A stretch of DNA of 64,000 nt from Heterodontus francisci. Its lineage: Eukaryota. Below the pieces are notes generated by a model. The model had not been told where the DNA came from and did not search any database. It saw only the letters and a program-made list of their open reading frames with translations. Of the stretch, positions 39,697 through 53,199 are shown one piece after another. The stretch's first letter is position 1, and each line of letters starts with the position of its first letter. Made by a program: the position numbers and the translations under genes. The DNA is taken from the NCBI RefSeq assembly GCF_036365525.1, contig NC_090375.1, forward strand, positions 178,887,910 through 178,951,909, read 5' to 3'.

Positions 39697-40797
39697 AGTG
39701 TGTAGGCTTTATTCAAGCTGGCTATCCAGATCTATCTTTGTTTTACATTTGGAACCACACCCCCTCAGGGTTGACTGACAGCATAGTGAGCAGTCTTATA
39801 AATGCAGCACAGAGCAATCAATCACTGAGCAATCAAACACAACATATTTTCCCCCTTGTAGCCTAGAGAGCTTATTTTGAATTAAACTGTCATAAACATC
39901 AAACAGGTATATATTGAGTCATTTCTTAGAGTTTGTTTGATTCTCTAAGTACACAAATAATCTTGGAGGTATGGAGGTCGCCTATTATGGCACCGAGATT
40001 GACGAAGACGTGGTTGTGGTTCAGCATGATCATCTTGATCAGGTAGATGATCAACATCATGATCACTAATCAGAAAAGGAAACGTATCCTTGTAGTCATC
40101 ATCGTTGACATGTCCAAGTCTGCTCGCAACCAAACATCTCGCGTCCTACTTGGTGTTGTCATCCAAGAGATAAGCGTTGGTACTGAGCATCCACTTGATC
40201 TGCTTAGGTCGGGATTGAGATGACGTAAGCTTTTAGTTGTGATTTGGACGTTTGATGCAAACCCAATCTCCGACTGCGAATCATGGTTTCCTTGCATGTG
40301 TTCACTAATCAGAGTACACTTTTACTTTGCCTTGTCACTTCTTGATTTTTTCTGCTTTCACTCTGACATTCGCGTTGGATGATGGTTGAAGAATGGTCAG
40401 CGACATGCACTTGCTGCAACCAATCATAAGTTCGGCCAGTGTCTTTCCGGTTAGAGAGTGGGGGGTGGATCGATATGTGCGAAGTAGGATATGAATGGAT
40501 TGTTCAAACGTTTTCCCCTCAACATGCTAGCTCTCAAATTGTCTTTGATCACCCAGTTGAAATGTTTGATGCCACCATTCGATTGTGAGTTGTATCGCGA
40601 TGTCAGAAGGTGCTGAATTCCAGAGCTTGCTCAGAACTCCGTGAGCTGATTGGAAACAAATTGCAGTCTGTTTTCCGTAGTGACGGTCTCCAGCAAACCC
40701 CACTTTGTAAACAACTTGTCTAGAATGTCAATGAGTGAAGTGGTGGTTACGGAATTGGTTGTAGTGATTTCTGGCCACTTGCTATGTAGATCATGAA

Positions 40798-41975
40798 TCC
40801 CATTACTTTTCCTAATACTTTTTCTCTTGTGATAGAGATTGTTTTAAGTACCTCCCTCCCTTTTGCCTCTTGATTTTCTGCTATACTTGGGGTGCTTTTT
40901 GTGTCTTCTACTGTGAAGACTGATATAAAATACTTGTTTAAAGTCTTTGCTGTGTCCTTGTTTCCCGTTATTAATTGCCTAGTCTCATCCTCTAAGGGGC
41001 CAACACTTACTTTATCTACTCTCTTCCTTTTTATATATTTGTATAAGCTTTTACTTTCTGTTATTATACTCCTTGCTGGTTTACTCTCATACTCTAATTT
41101 CTTCCTTTTTTTTAGTCATCCCTCTGCTTGTTTCTAAGATTTTCCCAATCTTCTACCCTACCACTAATCTTTGCAGTATTGTACGCCTTTTCTTCCAATT
41201 TGATGTTATCCTTAACTTCTTTAGTTAGCCATGGATGGTGTGTCCTTCTCATAGATTCTTTATTTCTCAATGGAATATATCTTTGTTATGAAATATCTCC
41301 TTAAATGTTTGCCACTGCTTCTCTATTGCCTTACCTTTTAACTTATATTCCCAGTCCACTTTTGCTAACTCTGTCTTCATACCCTTGTAATTGCCTTTAT
41401 TTAAGTTTGAGACACTAGTTTCAGACCAAAACTTCCCACCATTAAACTGAATTTGAAATGCTATCATGTTATGATCACTCTTGCCTAAAGGCTCCTTTAC
41501 TATGAGGTCATTTATTAATCCTGTCTCATTACACTTTACCAGATCTAAAGTAGCCTGTTGGTTTCAGAATGTATTGTTTGAAGAAACTGTCCCTAATACT
41601 CTCTATGAACTCATCCTCCAGGTTACCTTTGTCAATTTGATTAGTACAATCTATCTGAAGATTAAAATCGTCCACAATTGTTGCAGTACCTTTCCTACAA
41701 GCCTTCATTATTTTTTGAACTGTTTTCTGTCCTACAGCGTAGCTACTGTAAGGGGCCTATAAACTATTCCCACCAGTGACTTCTTTCCTTTGCTATTTCT
41801 TGTCTCCATCCAAACTGATTCTACATCTTGATCTTCCAAGCCAAGCTGATTTCTCCCTACTGTACTGATCACATCCTTTATTACCAGAGCTATCCCGCCT
41901 CCTTTTCCTTTCTTCTTTTGGTTTCGAAATGTCAAAAAACCTTGACTATTTAGTTCCAAGCCTTGGTCACCTTGC
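40798..41975 (-). mobile_element. CR1 ORF2 endonuclease/tether fragment inside the Gypsy element
   Basis: 'KGKGGGIALVIKD..ESVWMETRN..VGIVYRP' and 'LNKGNYKGMKTELAKVDW'. Confidence 0.9.
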
Positions 41976-43319
41976 ATTTTTGACATTTTTATAGCGGTGG
42001 AACTGTGATCGTTCTGAAGGTTGGGATAATTGAGTCATCATAAAGTTGAAGAGTGTCTGTCACAGGAGTGAGGAAAGTTGTGAGAAATAACAACGGTAGC
42101 AGTCTTTGCTCTATATGGATACTTTCACACCAGCATCAATAAGCAGCAGCACTGAAAGTGCTGTGATCACAACTGTGCCATTCTTGAAGTGACCCCGATC
42201 ATGAGACCAGGAGCTTTACTGTCCACAATAGTACACACATACCATATTTCGCTCTGAGGAATAGGTTCCTCCATGCGTTAAACTGACAAAGTCTTCTTCT
42301 TCGATGACCTGCAAACATTTGCAAAGTGATTCATCCTTGAGCACGAGTTGCACTCTTTCTTTCATTCTGGACATGGTGTTTAGAATCCATTGGTACCCCG
42401 ACAATTTGGGCATGATTTTGAGAGTACCTGACCATGATAGGGCAAGTGTTGATGAACCTACTGAGATCTCTTTGTTCGTAACCCTTGCACTTGTGCTGAT
42501 TGGCCAAGCTGTGTCTGTGACCCTGAGCCCAAGGGTGTGTTTTTGTGTAACATCTTCGAGTCTAACATGACGGGTTCAATTTGGACAGCCAAGGTCGCAG
42601 CCTTTTCGAAAGTCAAACCATCATCTTCCATGAATAGGCTTTCCCTAATTCATGGCATTGAAGTTTTTTCAATTAATTGATAATGAATTAGTTCATTAGT
42701 AACTGTGCGAAACTTGCATGTTGAAGTCAACTGACACAACGCTGCCACGTATTGTTTTGTGGGCTCACCATTTCCCTGGCATCTCTGGCAGAACATGTAT
42801 TGTTCAATCATCACACTTTTCTTTGGGCCAATGTATTTCTCGAGAGCACTTACCGCCTTATCCAGTGTTGATGTGTCATCTGTTAGCTGCTTGAATATAT
42901 GCTGGCCCTCTGCTCCGAGGCAATGCATGGGTATTGCCTACTTGTGGGTCACTGCTGCATCCTGCCCAGTCCATATGGATAGTGAGCAGGTAGGTTTCAA
43001 ATCCAGAAATCCACCTGTCCCATGGAATGGGAGGATCACCTGGCAATGACAGGAAAGGTGCTGGGCAACTTAATTTAAATTACTTGCCATCTTTGTCATC
43101 AGATGTTATGTTTCGTACTCCAAGCATGAAGAAACTGGACTCATGGTTTCTGTGTTGTGTAGGCTTTATTCAAGATGACTGCCTTGATCTATCCTAGTTT
43201 TACTTTTGGAACCATGCCCGCTCAGGGTTGACTGACAGCGTAGTGAGCAGTCTTATAAACACAGAGCAAAGCAATCAATCACTGAGCAATCAAACACAAC
43301 AGGCAGCACTATAATTCTG

Positions 43320-45393
43320 ATAACTGCCTCTGCCACTTCCCTCCCTTTGCCTTGCCCACCGGACTAAACTCCCTCGAAGGTTCCCTCCTGCCCTAGCTCT
43401 CTAGTTTCTCTCCTATCTCCCCTCATGCCCTCTCTGAGTTCATCTTGTCCTTAAGAGCCACCTTCTGCTCTGTCGACCCTACTCCCACTAACTATTGACC
43501 ACCCAACTTCCCTTCGTGGCTCCCATGTTAGCTGACATTGTGAACAGTTCTCTCTCTTCAGGTTCTTTCCCTCCTCTCCTTCAAATCTGCTTTCATCACC
43601 CCAAAAAAATCAACCCTTGATTCCTCAGTCCTTGCAAATTACCATCCCATCTCCAACCTCCCTTTCCTCTACAAAGTCCTTGAATGTTTTTTTGCCTCCC
43701 AAATTCGTGCCCATCTTTCCCCGAACACCATGTTTGAATCCCTCCAGAAAGGTATCCACTCCTGCCACAGTACCAAAATAGCTCTTATTAAAATCACAAT
43801 TGGCATCCTATTGTGACTGTGACAAAGGTAAACCATCTCTCCCCGTCCTTCTCAACCTGTCTGCAGCCTTTGACACGGTTGACCGCACCAGCCTCCTTCA
43901 ACGCCTCTCCACTGTTGTCCAGCTGGGTGGTACTGCTCTCACCTGGTTCCATTCTGATCTATCTAATCATGTATTTCTATGGCAATTTTAATATCGCCAG
44001 AGAATCACCATGAATGGCTTTTATTCCATTCCTGCATTGTTACCTCTGGTCTACCCTTGGTCCCCTCCTATTTCTCATCTACATGTAGCCCCTCGGCGAC
44101 AACAACCAGCTTTACCTCACCACCACCTCTCTCGACACTGCCATTGCCTATAAATTATCAGACTGCTTGTTTGACATCCAGTACTGGATGAGAAGAAATG
44201 TCCTCCAATTAAATTTTGGGAAGACTGAAGTCATTGCCTTCAATCGCTGCCACAAACTCTGTCCTTGGCCAGCAACTCCATCCCTCTCCCTGACAACTGT
44301 CTGAGGCTGAACCAGACTGCTGACAACCTTGGTGTCATACCTGACCCCAAGGTGAGCTTCTGACCATATATATGTGCCACCACTAAGTCCGTCTATTTCC
44401 ACCTCCATAACATCGCTCCACTCTGCCACTGCCTCAGCTCACCTGCTGCTGAAACCCTCATCCAGGTCTTCGTTAGCTCTAAACTTGACTATTCTAATGC
44501 ACTGCTGACCGGCCTTCCACATTCTAACCTCCGTAAACTTGATGTCATCCAAAACTCTGCTGCCCGTAACCTAAGTCTAAATCCCGTTCACCCATCACCC
44601 CTGTACTCGCTGACCTACACCAGCTACTGGTTAAGCAAAGCCTTGATTCTAAAATTCTGATCCTTGTTTTCAAATCCCTCCATGGCCTCGCCCCTCCCTA
44701 TCTCTGTAATCTCCACCAGGGTGGCACAGTGGCGCAGCAGTTAGCACCGCAGCCTCATAGCTCCAGGGACCCGGGTTCGATTCCGGGTACTGCCTGTGTG
44801 GAGTTTGCAAGTTCTCCCTGTGTCTGCGTGGGTTTTCTCCAGGTGCTCTGGTTTCCTCCCACAAGCCAAAAGACTTGCAGGTTGATAGGTAAATTGGCCA
44901 TTATAAATTGTCACTAGTATAGGTAGGTGGTAGGGAAATATAGGGACAGGTGGGGATGTTTGGTAGGAATATGGGATTAGTGTAGGATTAGTATAAATGG
45001 GTGGTAAATGTTCGGCACAGACTCGGTGGGCCGAAGGGCCTGTTTCAGTGCTGTATCTCTAATCTAATCCCACAATCCTCTGAGAAATCTGTGCTCCTCT
45101 AGTTCTGTCCTCTTGAGCATCCTCGATTTTAATTGCTCCACCATTTGTGGCCATTCCTTCAGCTACCTAGGCCCTAAACTCTGGAATACCCTCCCTACAC
45201 CTTTGTGCCTCTACCTCACTTTGCTCCTTTAAGACACCCCTTAAAACCAACCTCTTTGACCAAGATTTTAGTCATCTGCCCTAATATCTCCTTATGTGGC
45301 TCAATGTCAAATTTTGTTTCGAATGCCCTCTGTGAAGTGCCTTGGGATGTATTATTATGTTAAAGGTGCTACATAAATAAAAGTTGTTGTTGT
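43320..45393 (+). mobile_element. L2 LINE RT and 3' UTR, degraded
   Basis: 'VLLNLSAAFDTVD' and tail 'ttaaaggtgctacataaataaaagttgttgttgtt'. Confidence 0.9.
44719..45068 (+). mobile_element. HE1 V-SINE, full length, nested in L2
   Basis: Near-identical to the reverse complement of 11097-11449. Confidence 0.95.
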
Positions 45394-45769
45394 TTTAATA
45401 ATGCATGCAGTACACACTTTGCCCATAGGTGGCAGTGTTACACTTCCACTGCCTTGCATGCCATTCTTCCTTACTCCAGAAGTGGTGCTGTAGCTTCCCT
45501 CAGCCTGTAATGACAACCACAACTAAAATTTGTTTGTATTTTTCTTTACACTGCAGATAGTTTTCAAATCATTTGAATGTTTGCATGCGAGCAAAACGAT
45601 AGCAGGCAAAAAGAAAGATTGGAAACACAATCTGGAGCCAGGAAACCCTGTCCGTGGGCAAGTGACGGAATGGTACAGCACCCGATTCCCATTTGTTGAT
45701 TGGCGAAGTGAGCATATTGCTGAATGAGGTGCGTGCAAAGATAGTCGCCCTGTTTAGTGCTGGAGCAAC

Positions 45770-46072
45770 CCTTCAGGATGGCAATAAACCTACCTGGCAG
45801 GCTGAACAACATGCTTGCTGCGCCACCTCAAAGAACAAGGGCAGCAGGGGCATGGGAACAATTCCAATTCCAAGTCACACATCATCCTGACTTAGGAATA
45901 TATTGCCATTCCTTCATCATCAGTGGGTCAAAATCCTGGAGCCCCTAACACCACACAGACTGCAGCAATTCAAGAAGGCAGATTACCACTACCTGCTCAA
46001 GGGTACTTAGGGATAGACAATAAATGCTGGCTTTGCCAGCACCATCCACATACCACGAATGAACAAAAGAAA
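45770..46072 (+). mobile_element. CR1-Zenon-like 3' end, degraded
   Basis: Similar to the reverse complement of 6165-6480. Confidence 0.7.
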
Positions 46073-46616
46073 AATATAAGAGCATGGAGGGAGCAGAGGC
46101 AGGTGAAGCTGCTGACCTCACCCAAGCTTGGGGCTTATATTATCTTAAACCTTGTCTCTCTTCACACACATAGCTACAGAAACATCGCAGTGTATTACTA
46201 AGCGAGACTCCTTCTGAAGGTAAAAAGACATTTCAAAAAACCCTACAATTTCTAGAAATTTTAAGCAAATCCAGAAAATACAGGAAGCACTTGACACAGC
46301 ATTTGCAGAAAGAACAGACAAGCTAATGCTTGCATGTGCCCCCCACCCACCACCTCAAAGATAAGATTGCCTAATTAAATTGTTGCTTCAGATATAAATT
46401 ATATTACAGAAAAGATGTGTAGGAGTGTGTTACTGGCTGTAACAGGCTCTTGGGGTTCTGATGACCTATGCACTACTTAAGCTCTTTCACACGAACCATG
46501 ACATTATCAGATCCCTTGCTACAGCTAAAAACCCTCCCATACATCTTTTATAACATATTCATCCTTATATATATCCCATGTAATTGCTGTTATTATAATG
46601 TATACAAAGAAAAGGA

Positions 46617-47020
46617 AATACTTGCATTTATATAGACCCTTTCTTAACTTCAGGATACCCCTAAGCACTTTATAGCCAATGAAGTACTTTTAAATTATAG
46701 TCACTGTTGTAACAAAGGAATCATGTCAGCCCATTTGTGCACAGCAAGCTTCCACAAACAGCAACAGAACAAATGACCTGATCATCTGTGTTAGGTGTTG
46801 ATTGAGGGATAAATGCTGATCAGGAAAACTCCCCAGTTACTGTTTGAATGGAGCCATGGGATCTTTTATGTCCATGTGAGAGAGAAGATGGGGCCTCAGT
46901 TTAACATCTCATCTGAAAGACTAACACACCAGCCTAGATTGAACACTCATTTCTCCAGAGTAGGACTTGAACGCGCAGCCTTCTGATTTAGAGAGAACAG
47001 TACTACCACTGAGCCAAGAT
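46617..47020 (-). mobile_element. Deu-domain SINE
   Basis: 'gcacagcaagcttccacaaacagcaa..ttgagggataaa..ccatgggatctttta'. Confidence 0.82.
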
Positions 47021-47055
47021 TAGCATCTTGTACCTATCCTACTAATTCTTGGTAA

Positions 47056-48139
47056 TGTTACAGAGAGACGAGTGGTAGTGTACATGACTTCCACTTTTCA
47101 CCTTTTAACTGACCATTTTTTAAAATGCTGTTTTAGTCCCTGAGTGTTTTAGTGGTTAAATAAACAGTCAAATGACAGGTTTTCTCATAGATTTAAAAAA
47201 AAGAAAGATAACTATTTATTTAACAATACCTGAAAATATTCACAACCTCACCCACTCACTCATGTACATGCATACACACGCAAGAAAAGATAGAGATTCG
47301 AGGATAGAATGCAGTTAAGTCCGATTGTTGTAAAAAGAGTTCAATTTGAAATCTTCTTGGTGCTCTGAAAGAGGTTTTAACAGCGGTGCAAGCCTGATGT
47401 TCCTTTTGTTGATTTACTAAAGTATTGCAGACTCCTTTGATTAAGACTCAGTTAAGGTCAGTGGACAATCTTGTTAAAGTTTCTCAGATGGGGAGTTTTC
47501 AAGGTCACTTCTGCAGTCTCTGCCACGGTGGTTTAAAGATGTTGCATGCCAGGTCCTCTTCTTGGCTGGAATGGATCTCTCAGCTCCTGGCTCTCGCTTT
47601 CTCCCTCTCTCTCTCTCTCTCTCTGTCTCTGATTGTCTCTTAGAGAAGTCTCTTTCTTAACAAAAACTCTTATCAGGTTGATGTTTCAGTCAGGTGACCA
47701 TGGATGGTCTTCCTTGGTCAGTTCATACAATGTCTTTGAACGTGTGGCCATAGTTGCACAATGGGGTTTGAATGTCGCTTATCTTGATAAAGTGGTGTTA
47801 TTTCCCATCTATTGTCTTGGCTTTGCATCCAGACTTGCTCTGTCTGCAAAGTTCTTTGTCTGCCCAATTCCTGAAGATAGGAGCCATTTAGCTTTGAATG
47901 CCCTGTTTAACATTTTAATGTGCCTTCCCCAGGACTAGCCCAGACCTGATGATGGGTTTGGTCTCCAACAGTCTCTATGTATATTTGCAGTACAGGAGGG
48001 GTCACCTGACCTCTTATTCCATCTTGTCTGCAGCAAAATGTGCCCATTTTTTGGAGTTTAGTTATCAGTTCATTTTTATAGTTCAGATTTGCTCCAGTTC
48101 ACTTTATAGTCTATGACTGAACCTTGCGTGAGTGTGACA
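47056..48139 (-). mobile_element. Solo LTR (1084 bp)
   Basis: TGTTA...TGACA termini. Perfect 4-bp TSD gtaa at 47052-47055 and 48140-48143. AATAAA on the minus strand near 47215. Confidence 0.78.
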
Positions 48140-48199
48140 GTAAGCAATAGTTTACTTTTTAATAAATGTGTATTGAGTGTTCTGATCATTAAAAGAGCT

Positions 48200-48615
48200 T
48201 CAATATATATAACATCGTTTATGACCTTAGGACCTCCCAAAGCACTTTAGAGACAATTAAATACTTTTGAAATATAATCACTGTTGTAATGTTGGAGAAG
48301 TGGCAGTCAATTTGCGCACAGCACGGTCCCACAAACAGCTTAGAGATAGATGACCAGATAACCTGTCTTAGTGATATTGCTTGAGGGACAAGTATTGGCT
48401 ACTCTTCTTCAAATAATGCCATGGAATCTTTTATATCCACAAGAGGACAAACAGGGCCTCGGTTTAATATCTCATCCGAAAGGCAACACCACCAGCAATG
48501 CAGCATTGCCTTAGCACTGCACTAAAATATTAGCCTAGATTATGCGCTCAGATCTTGGAACTGTGCCTTGAACCCATGCACCTTCTGACTTTGATACAAG
48601 CATGCTATCATGGAG
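48200..48615 (-). mobile_element. Deu-domain SINE
   Basis: Same family as 46617-47020. Confidence 0.82.
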
Positions 48616-50264
48616 TCAATGTTAACAGCTAGATGCTTCACATGGAGTACTGAGATATCACTGGCATCTGCACTGAGAGCTGCAGCTAAGCAGTAAAAGC
48701 AAACTGAAAACTGAGTAACACCCACAAAACCTGATTTAATAATCTTATAGATTAAGAACTACTCCAGACTGATTTCAAAGCCGATTCTCTTCTTGCAGTT
48801 GAGCTCATGGTTTAAAGTTATTAGTGCAATTCCTTGATCAGGTTTCTTGCTGACTATAATTTCAAGGTATCTATTATTCTCCATTTTTGGTGGAGATGCC
48901 TTAGGCATCAGAAAACCAGTATCACCTGGCTCTACCAAGTATCAATGGTAACATTTCCCGAAAGGTCTATTATGACAATGCTGTCAAGAAGAGTATCTCT
49001 AATTTTTCAGTGTAAACCGCTTGTCAATAATGTGGTTAGCATTCAGTATTTTTACCCCCTTTCACAGAAGAACGAGACTCAGTATCTATTGGTCAATAAT
49101 GCATTTATCTGTATTTTTAGTTTGATTAAACACACGAACACTGGTGGGAATTTTGTAGGAGGGCTAAGATTAATTCACATACGATCTCTGATAATGGCTG
49201 AATATAGCATATTAGGCCAAAAAAGCACTGGGACTCAGGAAACTGCAGTCTTACAAAATCATTTTTCAAAAGAATCCATGGGAAATTGGCAGAACCTATC
49301 ATAATAAAGTTGGGCTGTAATTTTGACATTGTAATCCTTTAAAATACCAACAATAGTTTATTAATGTTTAATTTCCCACTCAATTGTTCCCAGTTTTCAC
49401 GTCCCATGAGGCTGTTCAACTCCAAATAACCCCTTCCAGCTGGGAGAATAGGGCAGTGCAGGGCAGAAACTTCACAACTTCTAACAATTCTTACATTTCC
49501 ATGATCAGCCAAGAGCAGATTTAGTCATTTCTAAACCTTCCTTGGGAAATGGAAAGATTTACTGTCATAGTAAAAGACTATGTCTTGCTTTGGGGGTTGG
49601 ACTTGCATTTTCTTCCTGTATTGGCTGATTTTTCTGACTGATTCAGCAAATGGGCCTGGTATTTATGAACTGTATCTGTCCAGTAGCATGTAAGAACCAT
49701 CTTTTGTTTCCTAACTACTCAACTTTTCAGGAAAATCAGAAGCTTTTTTGGAATATATGGGGATTTGCGATGGGGTGCTGGGAAATGTAATTTTAAAAGA
49801 CATAGGACACTGTCTACATTTAACCCTTTAAACTATCCATAATAGCACGACAAGTTTGTTTTTAAATACAATCAATTGATAATATTACATTCAATGTACT
49901 CTTTACAACACTAAAACAATACATTTTTTATACATAATTGATTGAAAAATCAGCTCTAATAGAATCCTTTAAACAAATCGACTGCTATTTCTGATATTAT
50001 GGATGAAGCTGTGGGAATTTATGAAGTTATGGAATGGGAAAAGAAACTGTTTGACCCATCAAACTGACTTCTTCCCACTAAAAAAATTACAATCTGTCCA
50101 ATCATGATTGTATCTCATGTATTAATCATGTGAAGGAAAGTCTACAAAAAGTCCTGCCAGGAAATATAAATGCTTCTTCAGAGTGCTGTCAATAATTTAC
50201 TAGGGCTTAGTTGGGGATCACTGCAAGATCTGGCAGGCAGTATCTTTGCTTATGTCGTGAACTC

Positions 50265-50445
50265 TCGTGACGTCAGGATGTCCCAAAGTGCTATGCAGCC
50301 AATAAAGTACTTTTGAAATGTAATGTAGGGAAACGTGGCAGTCAATTTGTGCACAGCAAGATCCCACAAGCAGCAATGAAATTAATAACTGGATAATGTG
50401 TACTTTGGTCTTGTTGATCAAGGGATAAATGTTGGCCAGGGCACT
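50265..50445 (-). mobile_element. Deu-domain SINE fragment
   Basis: 'gcacagcaagatcccacaagcagcaatg..gggataaatgttggccagg'. Confidence 0.78.
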
Positions 50446-50701
50446 AGCAATTTGGTTTGAAATGTTTATTTTGTGTGGGCTTTTATGTTTGCTTTGTGGC
50501 CAAGCAGACACGGTGATGGTCACTGACAGAGGGAAGGTAAGGTGTGTAACTGTTAGTGAATGTGTGTTCAGCTGTGCAAGTTTAAGAAAGGGCATTAGCT
50601 GGAGCGATGAGCTTCAAAATGGCAGGGCTGGGGACAAATCAGCACTGCATACAGATTGACAACATCATCTACCTGCTCTCCACTCCTCCAGCAGCCATCT
50701 A

Positions 50702-51988
50702 CCAGCATGGTTTTGTGAAGGGGAGGTCGTGTCTTACTAATTTGATTGAGTTTTTTGAGGAAGTGACGAAGATGATTGATGAGGGAAAGGCGGTGGATGT
50801 TGTCTATATGGACTTTAGTAAAGCCTTTGACAAGGTCCCGCATGGAAGACTGGTGCAAAAGGTGAAGTCACACGAGATCAGAGGTGAGCTGGCAAGATGG
50901 ATAGAGAACTGGCTCAGTCACAGAAGACAGAGGGTAACAGTGGATGGGTGTTTTTCTGAATAGAGGGATGTGACTAGTGGTGTTCCGCAGGGATCAGTGC
51001 TGGGACCTTTGCTGTTTGTAGTATATATAAATGATTTGGAGGAAAATGTAGCTGGTCTGATTAGTAAGTTTGCGGATGACACAAAGGTTGGTGGAGTTGC
51101 GGATAATGATGAGGATTGTCAGAGGATACAGCAGGATATAGATCGGTTGGAGACTTGGGCGGAGAAATGGAAGATGGAGTTTAATCCGGACAAATGTGAG
51201 GTAATGCGTTTTGGAAGGTCTAATGCAGGTGGGAGGTATACAGTAAATGGCAGAACCCTTAGGAGTATTGACAGGCAGAGAGATCTGGACGTACAGGTCC
51301 ACAGGTCACTGAAAGTGGCAACGCAGGTGGATAAGGTAGTCAAGAAGGCATATGGCATGCTTGCCTTCATCGGTTGGGGCATAGAGTATAAAAATTGGCA
51401 AGTCATGTTGCAGCTGTACAGAACCTTAGTTAGGCCACACTTAGAATATCGTATGCAATTCTGGTCGCCACACTACCAGAAGGACGTGGAGGCTTTGGAG
51501 AGGGTACAGAGGAGGTTTACCAGGATGTTGCCTGGTCTGGAGGGCATTAGCTATGAGGAGAGGTTGGAAAAACTCGGATTGTTTTCACTGGAACGACGGA
51601 GGTGGAGGGGCGACATGATAGAGGTTTACAAAGTTATGAGCGGCATGGAAAGAGTTGGTAGTCAGAAGTTTTTTCCCAGGGTGGAAGAGTCAGTTACTAG
51701 AGGACATAGGTTTAAGGTGCGAGGGGCAAAGTTTAGAGGGTATGTGCGAGGCAAGTTTTTTACACAGAGGGTGGTGAGTGCCTGGAACTTGCTGCCAGGG
51801 GAGGTGGTGGAAGCAGATACGATAGCAACGTTTAAGAGACATCTTGACAAATATATGAATAGGAAGGGAATAGAGGGATATGGGCCCCGGAAGTGCAGAA
51901 GGTTTTAGTTTAGGCAGGCATCAAGATCGGCGCAGGCTTGGAGGGCCGAATGGCCTGTTCCTGTGCTGTACTGTTCTTTGTTCTTTGT
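50702..51988 (+). mobile_element. Young CR1 (HER1-like) LINE, 5'-truncated RT to 3' end
   Basis: ORFs 50607-50963 and 50970-51908 are separated by one in-frame stop. 'QHGFVKGRSCLTNL..YMDFSKAFDKV..GVPQGSVLGP..FADD'. Tail (tgttcttt)2. Confidence 0.96.
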
Positions 51989-52436
51989 ACTCTGCATAAT
52001 ACCCTCACCAATATGGTATTGAGTGCAACTCATTCCAAAAGTGTGCACTCATGTTGTGGACGCCATTTTGAAAGTCTAAAGGCACTTGTGGCGCCCAAAA
52101 AACAGTTGAAAATGCTCCTAATTTCGTTCCCCTGATCTCTGATACTGCTAGGTACAGATCTATAAATGGAATATTTCTTTGCTTTGCACAGTCTTGTAGC
52201 TGTGGATTGAATTAGAATTCTGTGCTCCATAAAATTGTGCTGCTGACAGAAAGAATTAGGCAATAGGAATGAAAACAGTTGATCACTTATGATGATTTTC
52301 ATTGTTGAACAACTGTGCCAACAGGATAAGGCACATTAAACTGTCTAAAACACACCTGTCCTTGTGCACACAAAGTTACATTATATAAGCTGCTAAAACA
52401 TGACAGGATGTGAAGAAACAAACAATGAGAAAATTA

Positions 52437-52660
52437 AAATAAAAGCAAAATACTGCAGATGATAGAAATCCGAAGTAAGTGCTGAAAATACTCAGCAGGT
52501 CAGGCAGCATCTGTGGAGAGAGAAGCAGAGTTAACGTTTCAGGTCTGTGACGTTTCAGGTTCTGATGAAAGGTCATAAACCTGAAACGTTAACTCTGCTT
52601 CTAGCTCCACAGTTGCTGCCAGACCTGCTGAGTATTTCCAGCACGTTCTGCTTTCATTTA
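52437..52660. mobile_element. Penelope pseudo-LTR-derived fold-back element
   Basis: Arms 52479-52551 and 52572-52644 are imperfect inverted repeats. Related to the 3' flank of the Penelope at 28885 and to 21072-21160 and 63555-63680. Confidence 0.75.
52556..52597 (+). ncRNA. Minimal type-I hammerhead ribozyme motif (Penelope type)
   Basis: CUGAUGA (52562-68), stem II AGGU/ACCU, GAAAC with palindromic AACGUU in place of stem III, short stem I ggtt/aact. Confidence 0.6.
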
Positions 52661-52904
52661 ATGAGAAAACTAATCTGATTGATGAAGGGAGGAGTTGATG
52701 ACAGAGGATGTGATTCTGCGTTAACACTGGATAGTGCTTGTTATATGTTGACAACTGACTGTGGGCCAAAATTATTGGAATGATCAAGCTATTTTATTCT
52801 GAGTAGCAAACCATGTTATCAGGGTCTGACTGTCTCTCTTTAAACACTCGAGCAATCCAAGGGAGAATATGTCTGATTAAATATTTGATCAGATATTGTC
52901 TCCA

Positions 52905-53195
52905 CCTACCAATAGTCTAGTGGGTGAATCGCGAAGTTATACAAACCAGAAGGACCCAATTTCATTCAGACATTAGCTGATCTCAGTATGGACAGCAGCT
53001 GAGGTGCTATATTTAGCCTTAATGTGCTTCTGCAAGGGAGAGGAGCTGTCAGTCAGGGCTACTATTCCTGTTGATGTCTTAATGCTGTCAATGGCCATAA
53101 ACCGTGCCTGCCACAGATGAGGAATGGCCATATTGGTGAATACTGGTGGGTTGCTGCTGCCCATGGAAATTACCTCGGCAAGAGTCAGAGCGCTA
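52905..53195 (+). mobile_element. LF-SINE-like ancient SINE
   Basis: 'ttagctgatctcag..gcagctgaggtgctat..cagggctactattcctg'. Related fragments lie near 9420-9520 and 32745-32930. Confidence 0.55.
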
Positions 53196-53199
53196 TAAA

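Larger units (their letters stand above)
38921..43301 (-). mobile_element. Gypsy (Mag-like) LTR retrotransposon lacking RT/RNase H
   Basis: 5' LTR 43104-43301. 3' LTR 38921-39844, split by a MITE. TSD ggcaa/ggcag. Decayed PBS 'tgatgacaaagatgg' and PPT aagggggaaaa. gag 'PAPFLSLPGDPPIPW..HCLGAEGQHIF', protease 'LLIDAGVKVSI', integrase 'HDLHSKWPE..KWGLLETVTTEN'. Confidence 0.9.

Noticed and set aside
45557-45728. Plus-strand exon-like unit with a strong acceptor
   Set aside because: There is a stop before the best donor, no compatible partner exon, and no homology recognised.
48834-49304. 156-aa ORF
   Set aside because: Non-ATG start, random-looking composition, no domain motif.
50970-51908. 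312-aa RT ORF as an active or domesticated gene
   Set aside because: 5'-truncated CR1 copy with an upstream in-frame stop and no endonuclease or promoter.
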